Source of the DNA: an uncultured Candidatus Saccharibacteria bacterium
GTDB lineage: Bacteria; Patescibacteriota; Doudnabacteria; UBA920
DNA: 64,000 nt
NCBI GenBank assembly: GCA_964594755.1
Contig: CAZQMO010000001.1
Coordinates: forward strand, 169 to 64,168
Direction of reading: 5' to 3'
Position numbers and translations under genes: made by a program. The first letter of the stretch is position 1; each line of letters starts with the position of its first letter. This document shows positions 8,437-18,439 of this stretch, piece after piece. The notes below the pieces were generated by a model, which worked only from the letters and a program-made list of their open reading frames with translations, did not search any database and was not told the origin of the DNA.

Positions 8437-9333
8437 CTAGAATAGATTTAGATAGATAATCCCAAAAAGTATAATTACGGTACCGATTAGTTTTTGAGTA
8501 ATTTCTTGCTTGGTAACTTTTTCAGAAATAATTTGGGGGAACAAGAAAGTAAAGAATAACCCTAGTACTAGTACATAGAATGGCTGTACTCCACCAATAA
8601 CAGCAATTAAGCTTGCGCTTGGAGCTATTAATAGTGCGTATTGAAATAGTAGATGACCAGATAGATCAACGACATCATTGAGGAGGAAGAACTTCATTTT
8701 TTTCAAACTGGTTTCCTTAATTCCTGAGAGAATCTCTTTTCGCCATTTTGGGACAATTAAGAGAGATACTCCAGATAGAGCGAACCCAATTTCCGTATAA
8801 ATAAAAGCATCTGTAAAAGTTAGGTATTGGAGCGAGTTATGAAAAAATAGAGTATAGAAGCTCAACAGTATGATTGCAGGAATCATCCATAATGCACCTT
8901 TTCGATATTTATAAACACTTAACGATAATTTGACTTGAGATAATATTAAGGCACCGATAAATACGATCGCAAACGAAATATATTGGTGCGTGGTTATGCT
9001 ATCTCCAAACAATGGACCTAGTAACAAAACTACAACTGAATAGGTTATGTACAGAGGAATTACATAGGACGCATCTTCTTCTTCTAACGCATATGAATAG
9101 AATAGATATGAAAATTGTAGGGAAACGCCTGCTGTAATTGCCCACAAAGCAATCATTCCAATTGTTTCCAAACCAAAGATTGGAATCGTTAGAAATATAA
9201 TCAAGAAGCTTGCTAGCGATCCTAAAAAAATAAACTCGTATGCACCTCTAGAAAGTTTGCTGAGCGCATATTTGTCGAAGATGTTTGAAGCAGCCCAAAG
9301 TAATGGTGCGAGCAAGGCTAAGGCAATCCACAT
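8437..9333 (-). CDS. EamA/DMT-family permease
   Basis: 10 predicted TM helices in two 5-TM halves. Confidence 0.6.
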   Translation of the reverse strand: MWIALALLAPLLWAASNIFDKYALSKLSRGAYEFIFLGSLASFLIIFLTIPIFGLETIGMIALWAITAGVSLQFSYLFYSYALEEEDASYVIPLYITYSVVVLLLGPLFGDSITTHQYISFAIVFIGALILSQVKLSLSVYKYRKGALWMIPAIILLSFYTLFFHNSLQYLTFTDAFIYTEIGFALSGVSLLIVPKWRKEILSGIKETSLKKMKFFLLNDVVDLSGHLLFQYALLIAPSASLIAVIGGVQPFYVLVLGLFFTFLFPQIISEKVTKQEITQKLIGTVIILFGIIYLNLF

Positions 9334-9338
9334 AAGGT

Positions 9339-10253
9339 TTAGATTAATTGACTCGATTTAAAATTGGGGTAACCGTTGAGAAAGGCTCTAATGTCTGTGG
9401 GATTTTTTCCCTCTAGCTGAACTGTTAACAGTTTTAAGGCTGAACTATTACCACAGCCAACTAGGCCGTCAATAGTTAATCCTGGGGCAAGGTTAGAGTT
9501 AGCTTCAGGTTTACAAGCCAGAATTTTGAGAGTTTTCCCTTGCCAAGTCGTGTAAATACCTGGCCATGGTTGATAGGCCCGAAAGCGGTTGTAAATTTGT
9601 TGAGCTGATTCATTCCAGTTTACTATGCCATCTTCTTTGCTAATCAGTTTACTTGGAGTAGCTAAGTCGTGATTTTGCTCTGTTGGAGTAATCTGACTCG
9701 ATTCATATTTTTCTAAAACATCCACAATAATATCACAAGATAATTGAGATAATTTACTTTGAAGTGTGATGTTGGTGTCATCAGGTGCAATATCAATTTC
9801 TGCAGTTGCTAAAATCGGTCCATGATCAACTTGCTCATCTAATATAAAGATTGTGGTACCAGTTTTAGTTTCGCCATTAAGTAACGCAAATTGCACCGGC
9901 GCTGGCCCACGATAAGCAGGTAAGATTGAAAAATGTACATTCACAGTTTTGAGTTTAGGAATATCTAAAAGTTCTAAGGGCAGAATCTTGCCGTAGGAGA
10001 CTACCACAAAAATATCTGCGCCATGTTGCTTAAGTTGGCGAAGCAGTTGAGAATTATTTTTTACTTTTTCTGGTTTGTAAGTAAAAATTCCTAACCGTTC
10101 AGCTGTGTTACTAATCGGGCTAGGGGAGAGGATGTGCTTTCTGCCAACGGGCTTATCCGGGGACGTTACTACTGCAGCGACTTCAAAATGTTTTTGCAGA
10201 GTCTCTAAAATCGGTACGCCAATTTCCGATGTGCCAAAAAATACTATCTTCAT
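9339..10253 (-). CDS. fmt: methionyl-tRNA formyltransferase
   Basis: MKIVFFGTSE..VP.L; formyltransferase N-terminal and C-terminal domains; 304 aa. Confidence 0.85.
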   Translation of the reverse strand: MKIVFFGTSEIGVPILETLQKHFEVAAVVTSPDKPVGRKHILSPSPISNTAERLGIFTYKPEKVKNNSQLLRQLKQHGADIFVVVSYGKILPLELLDIPKLKTVNVHFSILPAYRGPAPVQFALLNGETKTGTTIFILDEQVDHGPILATAEIDIAPDDTNITLQSKLSQLSCDIIVDVLEKYESSQITPTEQNHDLATPSKLISKEDGIVNWNESAQQIYNRFRAYQPWPGIYTTWQGKTLKILACKPEANSNLAPGLTIDGLVGCGNSSALKLLTVQLEGKNPTDIRAFLNGYPNFKSSQLI

Positions 10254-10813
10254 ATTTTAAGTTGTTTAACTAATTTGCGGAGGATCTCCGCTTCTAATCG
10301 GCAGTCGGCTAAAGCAGTATGTCGATTCACAGGGACAGAAATTTTTAGAGTCTTTGCTAAATCTTCTAATGAAAACCCAGCAAACTTTTTAGGGTTAGTA
10401 AGTTTTTTCTTGCGGGCCATGTAGGTGTAACATAATGGCCAGATATCAAATACGTGATAATCAAAAGGGTAATCTTTATTGATCTGTTTGTAGCTTTTGC
10501 GAAGCATGGCTGTGTCTAAGATGGTGCCATAGTTAGCAATGGTCACTTTGGTGCCAAAGGTTTTTTGGAATTTGCCAAGAACAGCTTTGAGGCTGGGCGC
10601 CTTTTTTAGTTGCTCCCAAGTGATTTGGTTAACAGCCATTGCTTCCGGGTCTCGGTTAGCCCATTTGTGAGGTTTAATAAAAGCTTCAAAAGCTTTCTTT
10701 TCTTTCAAAGTTTTTTTGTCCAGTAATACAGCGCCAAGCTCGATGAGTTCGTGTTTGGTGATGTCTACGCCAGTGCTTTCTATATCAATTAGTAAAAGAT
10801 CGTGTTTAAACAT
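10250..10813 (-). CDS. DEDD-family 3'-5' exonuclease (DnaQ/RNase T-like)
   Basis: Exo I motif LIDIESTG with D and E present. Exo II- and III-like segments follow. Confidence 0.6.
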   Translation of the reverse strand: MFKHDLLLIDIESTGVDITKHELIELGAVLLDKKTLKEKKAFEAFIKPHKWANRDPEAMAVNQITWEQLKKAPSLKAVLGKFQKTFGTKVTIANYGTILDTAMLRKSYKQINKDYPFDYHVFDIWPLCYTYMARKKKLTNPKKFAGFSLEDLAKTLKISVPVNRHTALADCRLEAEILRKLVKQLKI

Positions 10814-10815
10814 AA

Positions 10816-11349
10816 TCAGCCGTTAATAATTTTTTTAAGAACCGCGGCAATGGCTCGGACTTTTTGTAAACCATCAGCGCTATTTTTGAGTTGAATATTA
10901 AAATGGTCAGCCAAAGTATTGAGAGTCGGCATTTTTTTGATACCGATGTGTAACGCATAAATATAACCTAAAGACCAAATATCCACTAAGTGCCGATCAA
11001 ATTTAAACGGAGTGAGAGTTTTTTTGAACGCTGCTCGCAAAAATAGATAATTTTGCACTGCGTTACTGGCCAGCAACGGTTCGTAACCGAATGTGTTAAC
11101 AAAGTCTTTGATTACATCGTTAATCTTTTGACTACGGCGCAGGGTGTCAAAACTGATTCCTAGTTGCTCGGAGTGTTGATGTAGAGTTCCATCAAGGAAA
11201 CTAACTTTAACGTAGGAATTAAAAAAGTTTTTTTCTAACAAACTGTCTTTGTCTAATAACACTGCAGAGAGTTGAATAATATGGTCACGATCAGCGTCAT
11301 TGCCAGTTGTTTCAAGGTGGAGAACTAATAAGTCTTTAATAAGCTTCAT
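10816..11349 (-). CDS. DEDD exonuclease-like paralog with His replacing the first catalytic Asp (possibly inactive)
   Basis: LVLHLETTGND aligns to the Exo I motif D-x-E with H in place of D. It is paralogous to the adjacent gene. Confidence 0.5.
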   Translation of the reverse strand: MKLIKDLLVLHLETTGNDADRDHIIQLSAVLLDKDSLLEKNFFNSYVKVSFLDGTLHQHSEQLGISFDTLRRSQKINDVIKDFVNTFGYEPLLASNAVQNYLFLRAAFKKTLTPFKFDRHLVDIWSLGYIYALHIGIKKMPTLNTLADHFNIQLKNSADGLQKVRAIAAVLKKIING

Positions 11350-11843
11350 AGCTTTACCCCGTATTGAGGAAGAAGTTCTTTGCCACCTGTTAGTTCTTCG
11401 AATTTGTCTGAAATCAAAATGTTGTTAAGATGATCAATTTCGTGCTGCAGTACACGTGCCAAAAAAGTATCGTCGGTGATGGTAAACTTTTCCCCAGCCA
11501 GATTGTAAGCTTCCATAGTGATTTTTTTGGGTCGCTTCACTTTCCCAAATACTCCGGGAATAGATAAACAGCCTTCTTCCATTTCCGTTTGTTCTTTAGA
11601 AGATTGAGTAATTCTTGGATTAATAATTGGGAAGGCCGGTAAACCAGCTTCTTCAAGAAAGATAATGGCCATGTTAAGATTTTTTCCAACTTGAGGTGCG
11701 GCTAAACCTACGCCGTCAGCAGCTTTACAAGTTGCGAACATATCTTTAATCAAACGAAGCAAATCTTTGTCTCCGGGTAAGTTTAAGTCTTGAACTTTGG
11801 TGCGTAACACTTTGGCTGGTAGTTTTGAGATTGGGAGGATCAT
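11346..11843 (-). CDS. def: peptide deformylase
   Basis: The three Def motifs are present: GVGLAAPQVG, EGCLSIPG and HEIDHL. Confidence 0.9.
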   Translation of the reverse strand: MILPISKLPAKVLRTKVQDLNLPGDKDLLRLIKDMFATCKAADGVGLAAPQVGKNLNMAIIFLEEAGLPAFPIINPRITQSSKEQTEMEEGCLSIPGVFGKVKRPKKITMEAYNLAGEKFTITDDTFLARVLQHEIDHLNNILISDKFEELTGGKELLPQYGVKL

Positions 11844-11894
11844 AATATTATTAACACTCTGTAATCAGATCTGAAGACATATCCTTCGACACGT

Positions 11895-11924
11895 CCCCAC
11901 ACCAATGCATTGGTGTGGGGACAG
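11895..11924. repeat. 30-nt perfect palindrome gtccccacaccaatgc/attggtgtggggac
   Basis: Exact inverted repeat between def and the next gene. No flanking T-run. Confidence 0.5.
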
Positions 11925-11944
11925 GCTCCGGATTACAGTTCGTG

Positions 11945-12214
11945 TCACTTTTGGGATTGATTATATTGTTTGATGAGGTAGGCAAAAAGTCTGCCCTTAT
12001 TTTGCACTTTAGGATTTTCTAGGACATCTCCAGCTAAGCGTTTTAATACCGGATGGGGCATGGTAGTTGCCATCTTGAGATAGAATCCAAAATGCTTGGG
12101 ATCACTTAACATGTTGGCCAATTCATCGGCGAGCACATGATTGGCGGAATGTAATTTTGGATCTTTCTTGGCGGGGAATTTCTTGTTTTTCGCCAGATTT
12201 TTTAAGGAATCCAT
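11945..12214 (-). CDS. hypothetical small basic protein
   Basis: 89 aa with no recognisable motif. Confidence 0.4.
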   Translation of the reverse strand: MDSLKNLAKNKKFPAKKDPKLHSANHVLADELANMLSDPKHFGFYLKMATTMPHPVLKRLAGDVLENPKVQNKGRLFAYLIKQYNQSQK

Positions 12215-12273
12215 AGGTTAATTATAGCTAGATAAATCGACAATTTCCAGCTATAATACTAATATTCAATAAT

Positions 12274-13128
12274 ATGAAAAATAAACTCTTTGCAGCATTA
12301 TTATTAGGTGGTTTTGTGATCGTGGCAGTTATGGAAGGATTGCCAGAGCGTGCTACTAACTGGTTAAAAAGCGAACAAAATTGGTCGCACTTTTTTGAGA
12401 AGGTTAATTTACCACAATCACTTCCTGGACCATTACTTGGACCCTTAGATTCATCACCCCGAGACCTTACTCGTGATGGCGTCATAAATGAAACCAATCA
12501 CCAACGGGAAATTAATGGTCAATTGCCATTACGGATGAATGAGAAGCTAAATTTAGCAGCAAAGGCCAAGCTGGATGACATGTTTAGACAGCAGTACTTT
12601 GAGCATGAATCTCCAGATGGTAAAAATCCAGCAGACGTAATTTCTGCAGCTGGCTATGAATTCTTAGTGGTGGGGGAGAACCTCGCATTAGGAAACTACG
12701 AAAATGATGTGGTCTTAGTTGAGGCTTGGATGAATAGTCCAGGTCACCGCGCAAATATTGTGGACGGTAAATTTAATGAAATAGGTGTTGCAGTAGGCAA
12801 GGGAATGTATGAAGGCAAAGAGGTTTGGATGGCAGTGCAAGAGTTTGGCACGCCACTTTCCAATTGTCCTTCGCCACAAGGGACTTTAAAAGCTCAGATT
12901 GATAACAATCGATTGCAAATTTCCGCTTTAGAAGCCGAACTGGCCACCAAGAAGGAAGCCTTGGATAGCAATCGGTATCAAACTAGAAGTGAGTATAACC
13001 GTGCTGTGGACGAATATAATGAATTGGCCCGCCGACTCAATAGTTTGGTTGAGCTCACAAAAGATTTAGTAAACGAATATAATCACCAAGTTAATTCCTT
13101 TAATGTTTGTTTAGAGAAGAATGCTTAA
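12274..13128 (+). CDS. secreted CAP/SCP (PR-1-like) domain protein with C-terminal coiled coil
   Basis: Signal peptide. GENLALGNYENDVVLVEAWMNSPGHRANI is the CAP-domain signature. The C-terminal 90 aa are heptad-like. Confidence 0.65.
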   Translation: MKNKLFAALLLGGFVIVAVMEGLPERATNWLKSEQNWSHFFEKVNLPQSLPGPLLGPLDSSPRDLTRDGVINETNHQREINGQLPLRMNEKLNLAAKAKLDDMFRQQYFEHESPDGKNPADVISAAGYEFLVVGENLALGNYENDVVLVEAWMNSPGHRANIVDGKFNEIGVAVGKGMYEGKEVWMAVQEFGTPLSNCPSPQGTLKAQIDNNRLQISALEAELATKKEALDSNRYQTRSEYNRAVDEYNELARRLNSLVELTKDLVNEYNHQVNSFNVCLEKNA

Positions 13129-14443
13129 ACCTGTTACAATTGGCCCTATTAAAATTTCCGCTGTCACTCGAGCGGAATTTTTAACTCAGGTTTCACTGCG
13201 TCTTGAGCAAAATCAACAAACTTGGATCACTACTCCTTACTCAGAGTTTTTGTATGCAGCACTTCGCAGTGGGGAAGTGCGAGATATGTTAGCTAAAGCC
13301 GATATCGCTATTCCTGATGGGATTGGGATTTTTTGGGCAGAACGATTTCTGAGTAAACCACTTCGCTTACAGAGTCATATTGGTAAAATCTTGGAGTCAT
13401 GGTTGTATGTCGTGGTCACTGGAGCAAAAATATTATTAACTCCTAGTTATTTGTATAGAAAGTTACCAGAGAAAATTACTGGCGCTTCAGTGTTCGTTGA
13501 AATGGTAGCAGAAGCTCATAAGTTAGATAAATCTATTTACTTGCTTGGGAACTGGGGCGATAGTGCTAAGAAAACCGCCAACATGTTAGAGGAAAAATTT
13601 TCTGGTTTGAAAGTGGTTGGTGCTTCCAATAAATCAGCAGAAGATAAAAGCGTTTTTGCAGATTTAACTTCGGTTAAACCAGATATGTTATTTGTTGGGT
13701 TTGGGCCAATCAGACAAGAACGATGGATTTACCAAAACTTGGATTCTTTACCAGCGACAGTGATTATCGGAGTGGGTGGCACGTTTGATTATTTTTCTGG
13801 GAATCAACTCAGGCCACCGATGTGGGTTCGCGAGGTTGGTTTGGAATGGTTGTTTCGGCTGATTACCCAACCAAAACGTATCGGTAGAATTTTTCGCGCC
13901 ACGATTGGGTTGATTGTTTCTTTGGTTCGTTACAAAGTTTTTTCAACTTATCCATTTCGTAATAATGCCGTAGCAATTGCCGTCAACGCCGATAACAAAA
14001 TTTTATTATGCAAAAGGATTACTGCCCCACCCAAGAATAAACAAAGCAGAGTCGAGTTACCAAACTATTGGCAGTTTCCACAAGGAGGTCTCGATGAAGA
14101 TGAAGATATTATCACTGGAGCAAAGCGTGAACTTTATGAAGAAACTGGGATTAAGTCCGCAGAATTCTTAGGCGTCGCAAACTTTACTCACAGTTATGAA
14201 TGGCTCAACGGTGGTAGGCCGGTATTATTCAGTTCTAAAAGTTACAAAGGCCAAAAACAACAAACCGTGTTTTTTCGGTTCACTGGTAAAGATGAAGAAT
14301 TGGTTATGGATGGAATTGAATTTGAGGACCATGCTTGGTTATCTCCAGAAGAGGTAGTGGAAAGAATTGCCCCAGAGCGAAAAACCCATGCTCAGGCCGC
14401 CTTGGAAGAGTTGCAACACATCTTGAGAAATCCGCTAAAATAA
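13121..14443 (+). CDS. fusion protein: WecB/TagA/CpsF-family glycosyltransferase (N-terminal ~250 aa) + NUDIX hydrolase (C-terminal)
   Basis: WecB/TagA motifs IAIPDGIGI, VGFGPIRQERWI and IGVGGTFDYFSG. Then the Nudix box GGLDEDEDIITGAKRELYEETGI. Confidence 0.65.
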   Translation: MLKPVTIGPIKISAVTRAEFLTQVSLRLEQNQQTWITTPYSEFLYAALRSGEVRDMLAKADIAIPDGIGIFWAERFLSKPLRLQSHIGKILESWLYVVVTGAKILLTPSYLYRKLPEKITGASVFVEMVAEAHKLDKSIYLLGNWGDSAKKTANMLEEKFSGLKVVGASNKSAEDKSVFADLTSVKPDMLFVGFGPIRQERWIYQNLDSLPATVIIGVGGTFDYFSGNQLRPPMWVREVGLEWLFRLITQPKRIGRIFRATIGLIVSLVRYKVFSTYPFRNNAVAIAVNADNKILLCKRITAPPKNKQSRVELPNYWQFPQGGLDEDEDIITGAKRELYEETGIKSAEFLGVANFTHSYEWLNGGRPVLFSSKSYKGQKQQTVFFRFTGKDEELVMDGIEFEDHAWLSPEEVVERIAPERKTHAQAALEELQHILRNPLK

Positions 14444-14457
14444 GGTATATTTTAACT

Positions 14458-15966
14458 ATGTCAGAAACTGGAAAAGTGAGAACTAGATTTGCACCAAGCC
14501 CGACCGGGTTTGTTCACATTGGAAATTTTCGTACCGCTTTGTTCGCGTTTTTGTTTGCTCGACATCACGGTGGAGTAAACATTTTGCGCGTGGAGGATAC
14601 CGATCAAACCCGAAAAACTGATGGTGCGATAGAGAATATGATTAGTGTGATGGAGCGTATGGGGGTTCAGTTTGACGAGGGTGTTCAAGATCAAAACGGA
14701 AAACTGGCCGAGAAAGGCGACTATGGTCCTTATACTCAATCAGAGCGTTTAGATATTTATCAATCACACGTTCAGGATTTAATTAGCAATAACAAAGCTT
14801 ATTATTGTTTTTGTACTCCAGAGCGACTGGATGAACTTCGCAAAGAACAAACAGCATTAAAGCAGCCGCCGATGTATGATCGGTTGTGCCGCAAATTAAA
14901 TGATGAGCAGGTTCAAGCCAAGCTTCAAGAGTTTCAATCACAAAATATACGCCCTGTGGTTCGACAGGCGATTCCTCAGACAGGGGAGACGGTCGTCAAG
15001 GATTTAGTGTATGGGGATATTAAGTACGATCACAATCAACTTGATGATCAGGTGTTACTAAAAAGTGATGGTTTTCCAACTTATCATTTAGCAGTAGTGG
15101 TGGATGATCATCACATGTTGATTTCTCATGTAATCAGAGGTGAAGAGTGGATTCCTTCTACCCCGAAACACATTTTACTTTATGAGGCATTTGGTTGGGA
15201 AGCCCCACAATTTGCTCACTTACCGTTGATCTTGAATCCAGACAAAACTAAGTTGTCCAAACGCCAAGGTGATGTGGCAGTGGAAGATTATTTGAGTAAA
15301 GGTTATTTAGTAGAAGCATTGGTGAACTTTGTGGCTTTGCTTGGTTGGAACCCAAAGACTGAGCAGGAAATTTTTTCTATGGCAGAGTTAATTGCGCAGT
15401 TTGATTTAGCCAAGGTTAATAAAGCTGGGGCAGTCTTTGATGTTGCTAAACTAGATTGGATGAATGGCATATATCTTCGCAATAAATCAGACGAGGAAAT
15501 TTTAAAGTTAGTATCTCCGTTATTAGAAACCTCAGGCAGAAATTTATCTGATTATTCTCAAGACTTTTTGTTGGCTATGGTGAAGATCGAAAAAGAGCGC
15601 TTAAAGACTTTAAATCAAATTACTGATCACACTGGATTTTATTTTGCTCAACCAAACTACGATGCAAAGATTTTAGTTTGGAAAAAGGCCGATAGTACCG
15701 ATACTAAAGCAAAACTCTCTGCGGTAAAAGAATTTCTAGAAACTTGGACCGATGTCCCCGATGATTTGGAAAAAATTGAAACTTCAGTAAAAAATTGGAT
15801 AGTAGAGCAAGGCTTTGATACAGGGAGTGTACTTTGGCCACTGCGGGTAGCGTTATCTGGATTAGAAAAGAGTCCAAGTCCATTCGAGTTAATCTGGGTG
15901 CTGTCAAAAAATGGCGGCGTAGCAAACGTAATTTCTCGGCTAGATACTGCAATTAATCAACTCTAA
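14458..15966 (+). CDS. gltX: glutamyl-tRNA synthetase
   Basis: HIGH motif in RFAPSPTGFVHIGN. KLSKR motif. The start is placed at MSETGKV, since the upstream extension overlaps the preceding gene. Confidence 0.9.
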   Translation: MSETGKVRTRFAPSPTGFVHIGNFRTALFAFLFARHHGGVNILRVEDTDQTRKTDGAIENMISVMERMGVQFDEGVQDQNGKLAEKGDYGPYTQSERLDIYQSHVQDLISNNKAYYCFCTPERLDELRKEQTALKQPPMYDRLCRKLNDEQVQAKLQEFQSQNIRPVVRQAIPQTGETVVKDLVYGDIKYDHNQLDDQVLLKSDGFPTYHLAVVVDDHHMLISHVIRGEEWIPSTPKHILLYEAFGWEAPQFAHLPLILNPDKTKLSKRQGDVAVEDYLSKGYLVEALVNFVALLGWNPKTEQEIFSMAELIAQFDLAKVNKAGAVFDVAKLDWMNGIYLRNKSDEEILKLVSPLLETSGRNLSDYSQDFLLAMVKIEKERLKTLNQITDHTGFYFAQPNYDAKILVWKKADSTDTKAKLSAVKEFLETWTDVPDDLEKIETSVKNWIVEQGFDTGSVLWPLRVALSGLEKSPSPFELIWVLSKNGGVANVISRLDTAINQL

Positions 15967-15967
15967 A

Positions 15968-15998
15968 ACCCGCCTAATCTGAGCGGGTTTTTTTCTTT
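15968..15998 (+). terminator. rho-independent terminator
   Basis: aacccgcctaatctgagcgggttttttt. Confidence 0.7.
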
Positions 15999-16025
15999 GG
16001 AAATCATTAATAATGTGTTATAATC

Positions 16026-17378
16026 TTGTCGATGGAAGCTCCAGATTTCGAAACTAAAATAAAGAAAAAGATTGCCTTAATTATAAGTACTTTGGGCGTC
16101 ACTATAGCAGTAGCCGGTTTCGGCTTTTTTTACCTATGGCAGACTAGTTTTCAAGATTCAGTAATCAGTCCAGCACTCGCTCAGAGCAACGCCAATGACC
16201 GAGATCGGTTGAATCTCCGGCTCCAGCAAATTAAGAGTCAAATTAACTCGTATCAACAGCAAATTGCTCAGACCAAGAATCAAGCTGCAACTTTGCAGAA
16301 TGAGATTAGTATTTATGATAATCAAATCAAGTCTCTTGAGCTACAAATTGAAGCTAATGATACTCAGCAACAAGATACAGCTTTGCAGATTAGCGAGCTA
16401 GAAATTCAAATTGAGCGACGAGAGAAGGAGATTGATGACAATAGAAAGATTTTAGCGCAACTCATTGTGGAATTATCTAAACTAGATGATAATTCATTTT
16501 TGAAAATGGGTCTTGGTACTGATGATTTTTCTAGTTTTCTGGATCAGGTCCAATACGTACGAAATATCCAAGACCAAGTTTATGGTTTAGTGTCGCGTAT
16601 TAAAGAAATTAAGGAAAAGTTAGAAACTCAGCAACAAGATTTAAAAGTACAATTAACTAAACTGGAATCATTGCGAGAAGAATTACAGATTTCTCAAGAA
16701 AGTCTTGATCAACAGCGAAAAAATAAAGAGCAATTATTGGCACAGACCAAAGGTGTAGAGCGTAATTATCAGCAATTACTTTCTGCGAGTCGAAGCGAAC
16801 AAAGTAAGATCATGGAAGAAATTAATGATCTCGATGGTGCCGCTCGTTCCCGCGCCGGTAATAAATCGATCTCGGTGAATAAAGGGGTGCTGGGTTGGCC
16901 AATGGATGGAACTCTCACGCAAGGATATGGTAATACTGGTTTTACTTCGCTGGGGTACAACTTTCACAATGGTATTGATATCGCCGCACCAGCCGGCCAA
17001 CCCATTTACGCAGCTGCTGATGGCACAGTTGCAGCCTGTGATACAGGTGAAGCGGCTTATGGGAATTGGTGCACAATCAAACATAATATTGAAGCAGCTT
17101 CAGGAAGTCGATGTGTAGTGACTCTATACGCGCACATGCGGACTATTAAAGTCTCACGTGGTCAGACAGTTAAGAGAGGGGACTTGGTTGGTTATGAAGG
17201 CAATACCGGAAATACAACTCGTTTAATTTATGGACCAGAACGCGGTTATCATCTACATTTTACGGTCTTTGATTGTGATGGTTACAGTGTGACAGCAGGG
17301 AAGTACTCGAGTGTGTACGGTGCATATTCTGTTCCGAGTGGGGTGACTTATAACCCAATGAATTTCTTAAGTAAATAA
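16026..17378 (+). CDS. M23/LytM peptidase with long N-terminal coiled coil (EnvC-like)
   Basis: N-terminal TM, about 250 aa of heptad-rich coiled coil, then HNGIDIAAPAGQPIYAAADGTV and HLHFTV (HxH) from the M23 family. Confidence 0.8.
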   Translation: MSMEAPDFETKIKKKIALIISTLGVTIAVAGFGFFYLWQTSFQDSVISPALAQSNANDRDRLNLRLQQIKSQINSYQQQIAQTKNQAATLQNEISIYDNQIKSLELQIEANDTQQQDTALQISELEIQIERREKEIDDNRKILAQLIVELSKLDDNSFLKMGLGTDDFSSFLDQVQYVRNIQDQVYGLVSRIKEIKEKLETQQQDLKVQLTKLESLREELQISQESLDQQRKNKEQLLAQTKGVERNYQQLLSASRSEQSKIMEEINDLDGAARSRAGNKSISVNKGVLGWPMDGTLTQGYGNTGFTSLGYNFHNGIDIAAPAGQPIYAAADGTVAACDTGEAAYGNWCTIKHNIEAASGSRCVVTLYAHMRTIKVSRGQTVKRGDLVGYEGNTGNTTRLIYGPERGYHLHFTVFDCDGYSVTAGKYSSVYGAYSVPSGVTYNPMNFLSK

Positions 17379-17399
17379 TTCAAATCAAAACAAAATTGA

Positions 17400-18431
17400 A
17401 TGCAAAAGATTTTGCGCCGCATTGAAATAATGTTTTTGACCGGCTTATTGTTTTTTACAGTGGCTGGTTTTTTTGTGCCGAATAATGCGGCCGCGCAATT
17501 ACGCGCAGATGATCCTTCTACTTCTAGGCCCCTGCCAGTTTATAGTGGTGTCGAAGACAGTATTAAAGAGTATTTGTGTGCGCCAGGTGATAGCCAGGAT
17601 GAACAGGCCACAGCATTGACTGATTGTATCAGTAAACTCTATCGGTTCAGTATCACCGCTGGGGGAGTAGCGTTGGTGTTTTTTATAGTAATCGCAGGTT
17701 ATATTTATATAACTTCAGGAGAAGCAGGGAAGGGGAGAGCAAAGGATATCATACTTTCAGCAGTAGTTGGGATGGGTATTTTATTGGGTAGCTATGCCTT
17801 ACTAAACTTTATTAATCCAAATTTAGTAAAAATTAGGCCAATTCAACCGCCAATCTTTACAGCCACTGGTTTACCAAGTTGTGAAGCTGTCGGTTTTGGT
17901 ACAAAATGTATTACTCGTGATGGTCAGGTTAGTAATCCAGGTGGCGGGGTTCCTGGTTCTGCGAGTGAAGCGCAGTATAAAGATTTGATCAGTAAATACG
18001 CTCAGCAAAAAGGATTATCATATTGTGCTTTGTCAGCTTTGATTCAAAAGGAGTCATCCTTTATATACAATAATGTGTCTAACCCACCACCGAGTCGTGT
18101 TGATGTAAATAGTGGCTCCCCTCCATCTTATAATGTAACCTTTACTACTGGGCATGGAATTGGGTTGACTCAGGTGTATATTTATCCAGGGCAGACTTCT
18201 CGACCAGGTGGTGAGTTTGGTTTTAGTAAAGCTTTAACAGTTCAGGATTTAATCAATCCAGACACTTCTATTAGTGCTGGGGCTCATTTTTTTGGTACGC
18301 TAGTAAGAGAGCGTAGAAATAATTTAAGAGAAGCATATGATGATTATCAAGCTGGCCGTGGCGGAAATTCTGATCCTAAAACTCTAGATAAGTATATGGA
18401 TATGTATAACGCATGTCAGTTACGTAATTAG
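17400..18431 (+). CDS. secreted protein: VirB2/TrbC-like two-TM N-terminal module fused to a lytic transglycosylase (SLT) domain
   Basis: Signal peptide, Cys pair, TM1 and TM2 separated by the short basic loop TSGEAGKGRAKD, and a P-rich linker RPIQPPIFTA. SLT motifs follow: QKESSF, GIGLTQV and AYDDYQAG. Confidence 0.6.
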   Translation: MQKILRRIEIMFLTGLLFFTVAGFFVPNNAAAQLRADDPSTSRPLPVYSGVEDSIKEYLCAPGDSQDEQATALTDCISKLYRFSITAGGVALVFFIVIAGYIYITSGEAGKGRAKDIILSAVVGMGILLGSYALLNFINPNLVKIRPIQPPIFTATGLPSCEAVGFGTKCITRDGQVSNPGGGVPGSASEAQYKDLISKYAQQKGLSYCALSALIQKESSFIYNNVSNPPPSRVDVNSGSPPSYNVTFTTGHGIGLTQVYIYPGQTSRPGGEFGFSKALTVQDLINPDTSISAGAHFFGTLVRERRNNLREAYDDYQAGRGGNSDPKTLDKYMDMYNACQLRN

Positions 18432-18439
18432 GGATAACT

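Noticed and set aside
11895-11924. The 30-nt perfect palindrome as a rho-independent terminator
   Set aside because: It has no adjacent T-run on either strand. It is kept as a repeat or possible protein-binding site instead.
14335-14457. 5' extension of the gltX ORF (MVISRRGSGKN...)
   Set aside because: It overlaps the end of the preceding Nudix-fusion gene. The conserved GluRS N-terminus begins at MSETGKVRTRFAPSPTG.
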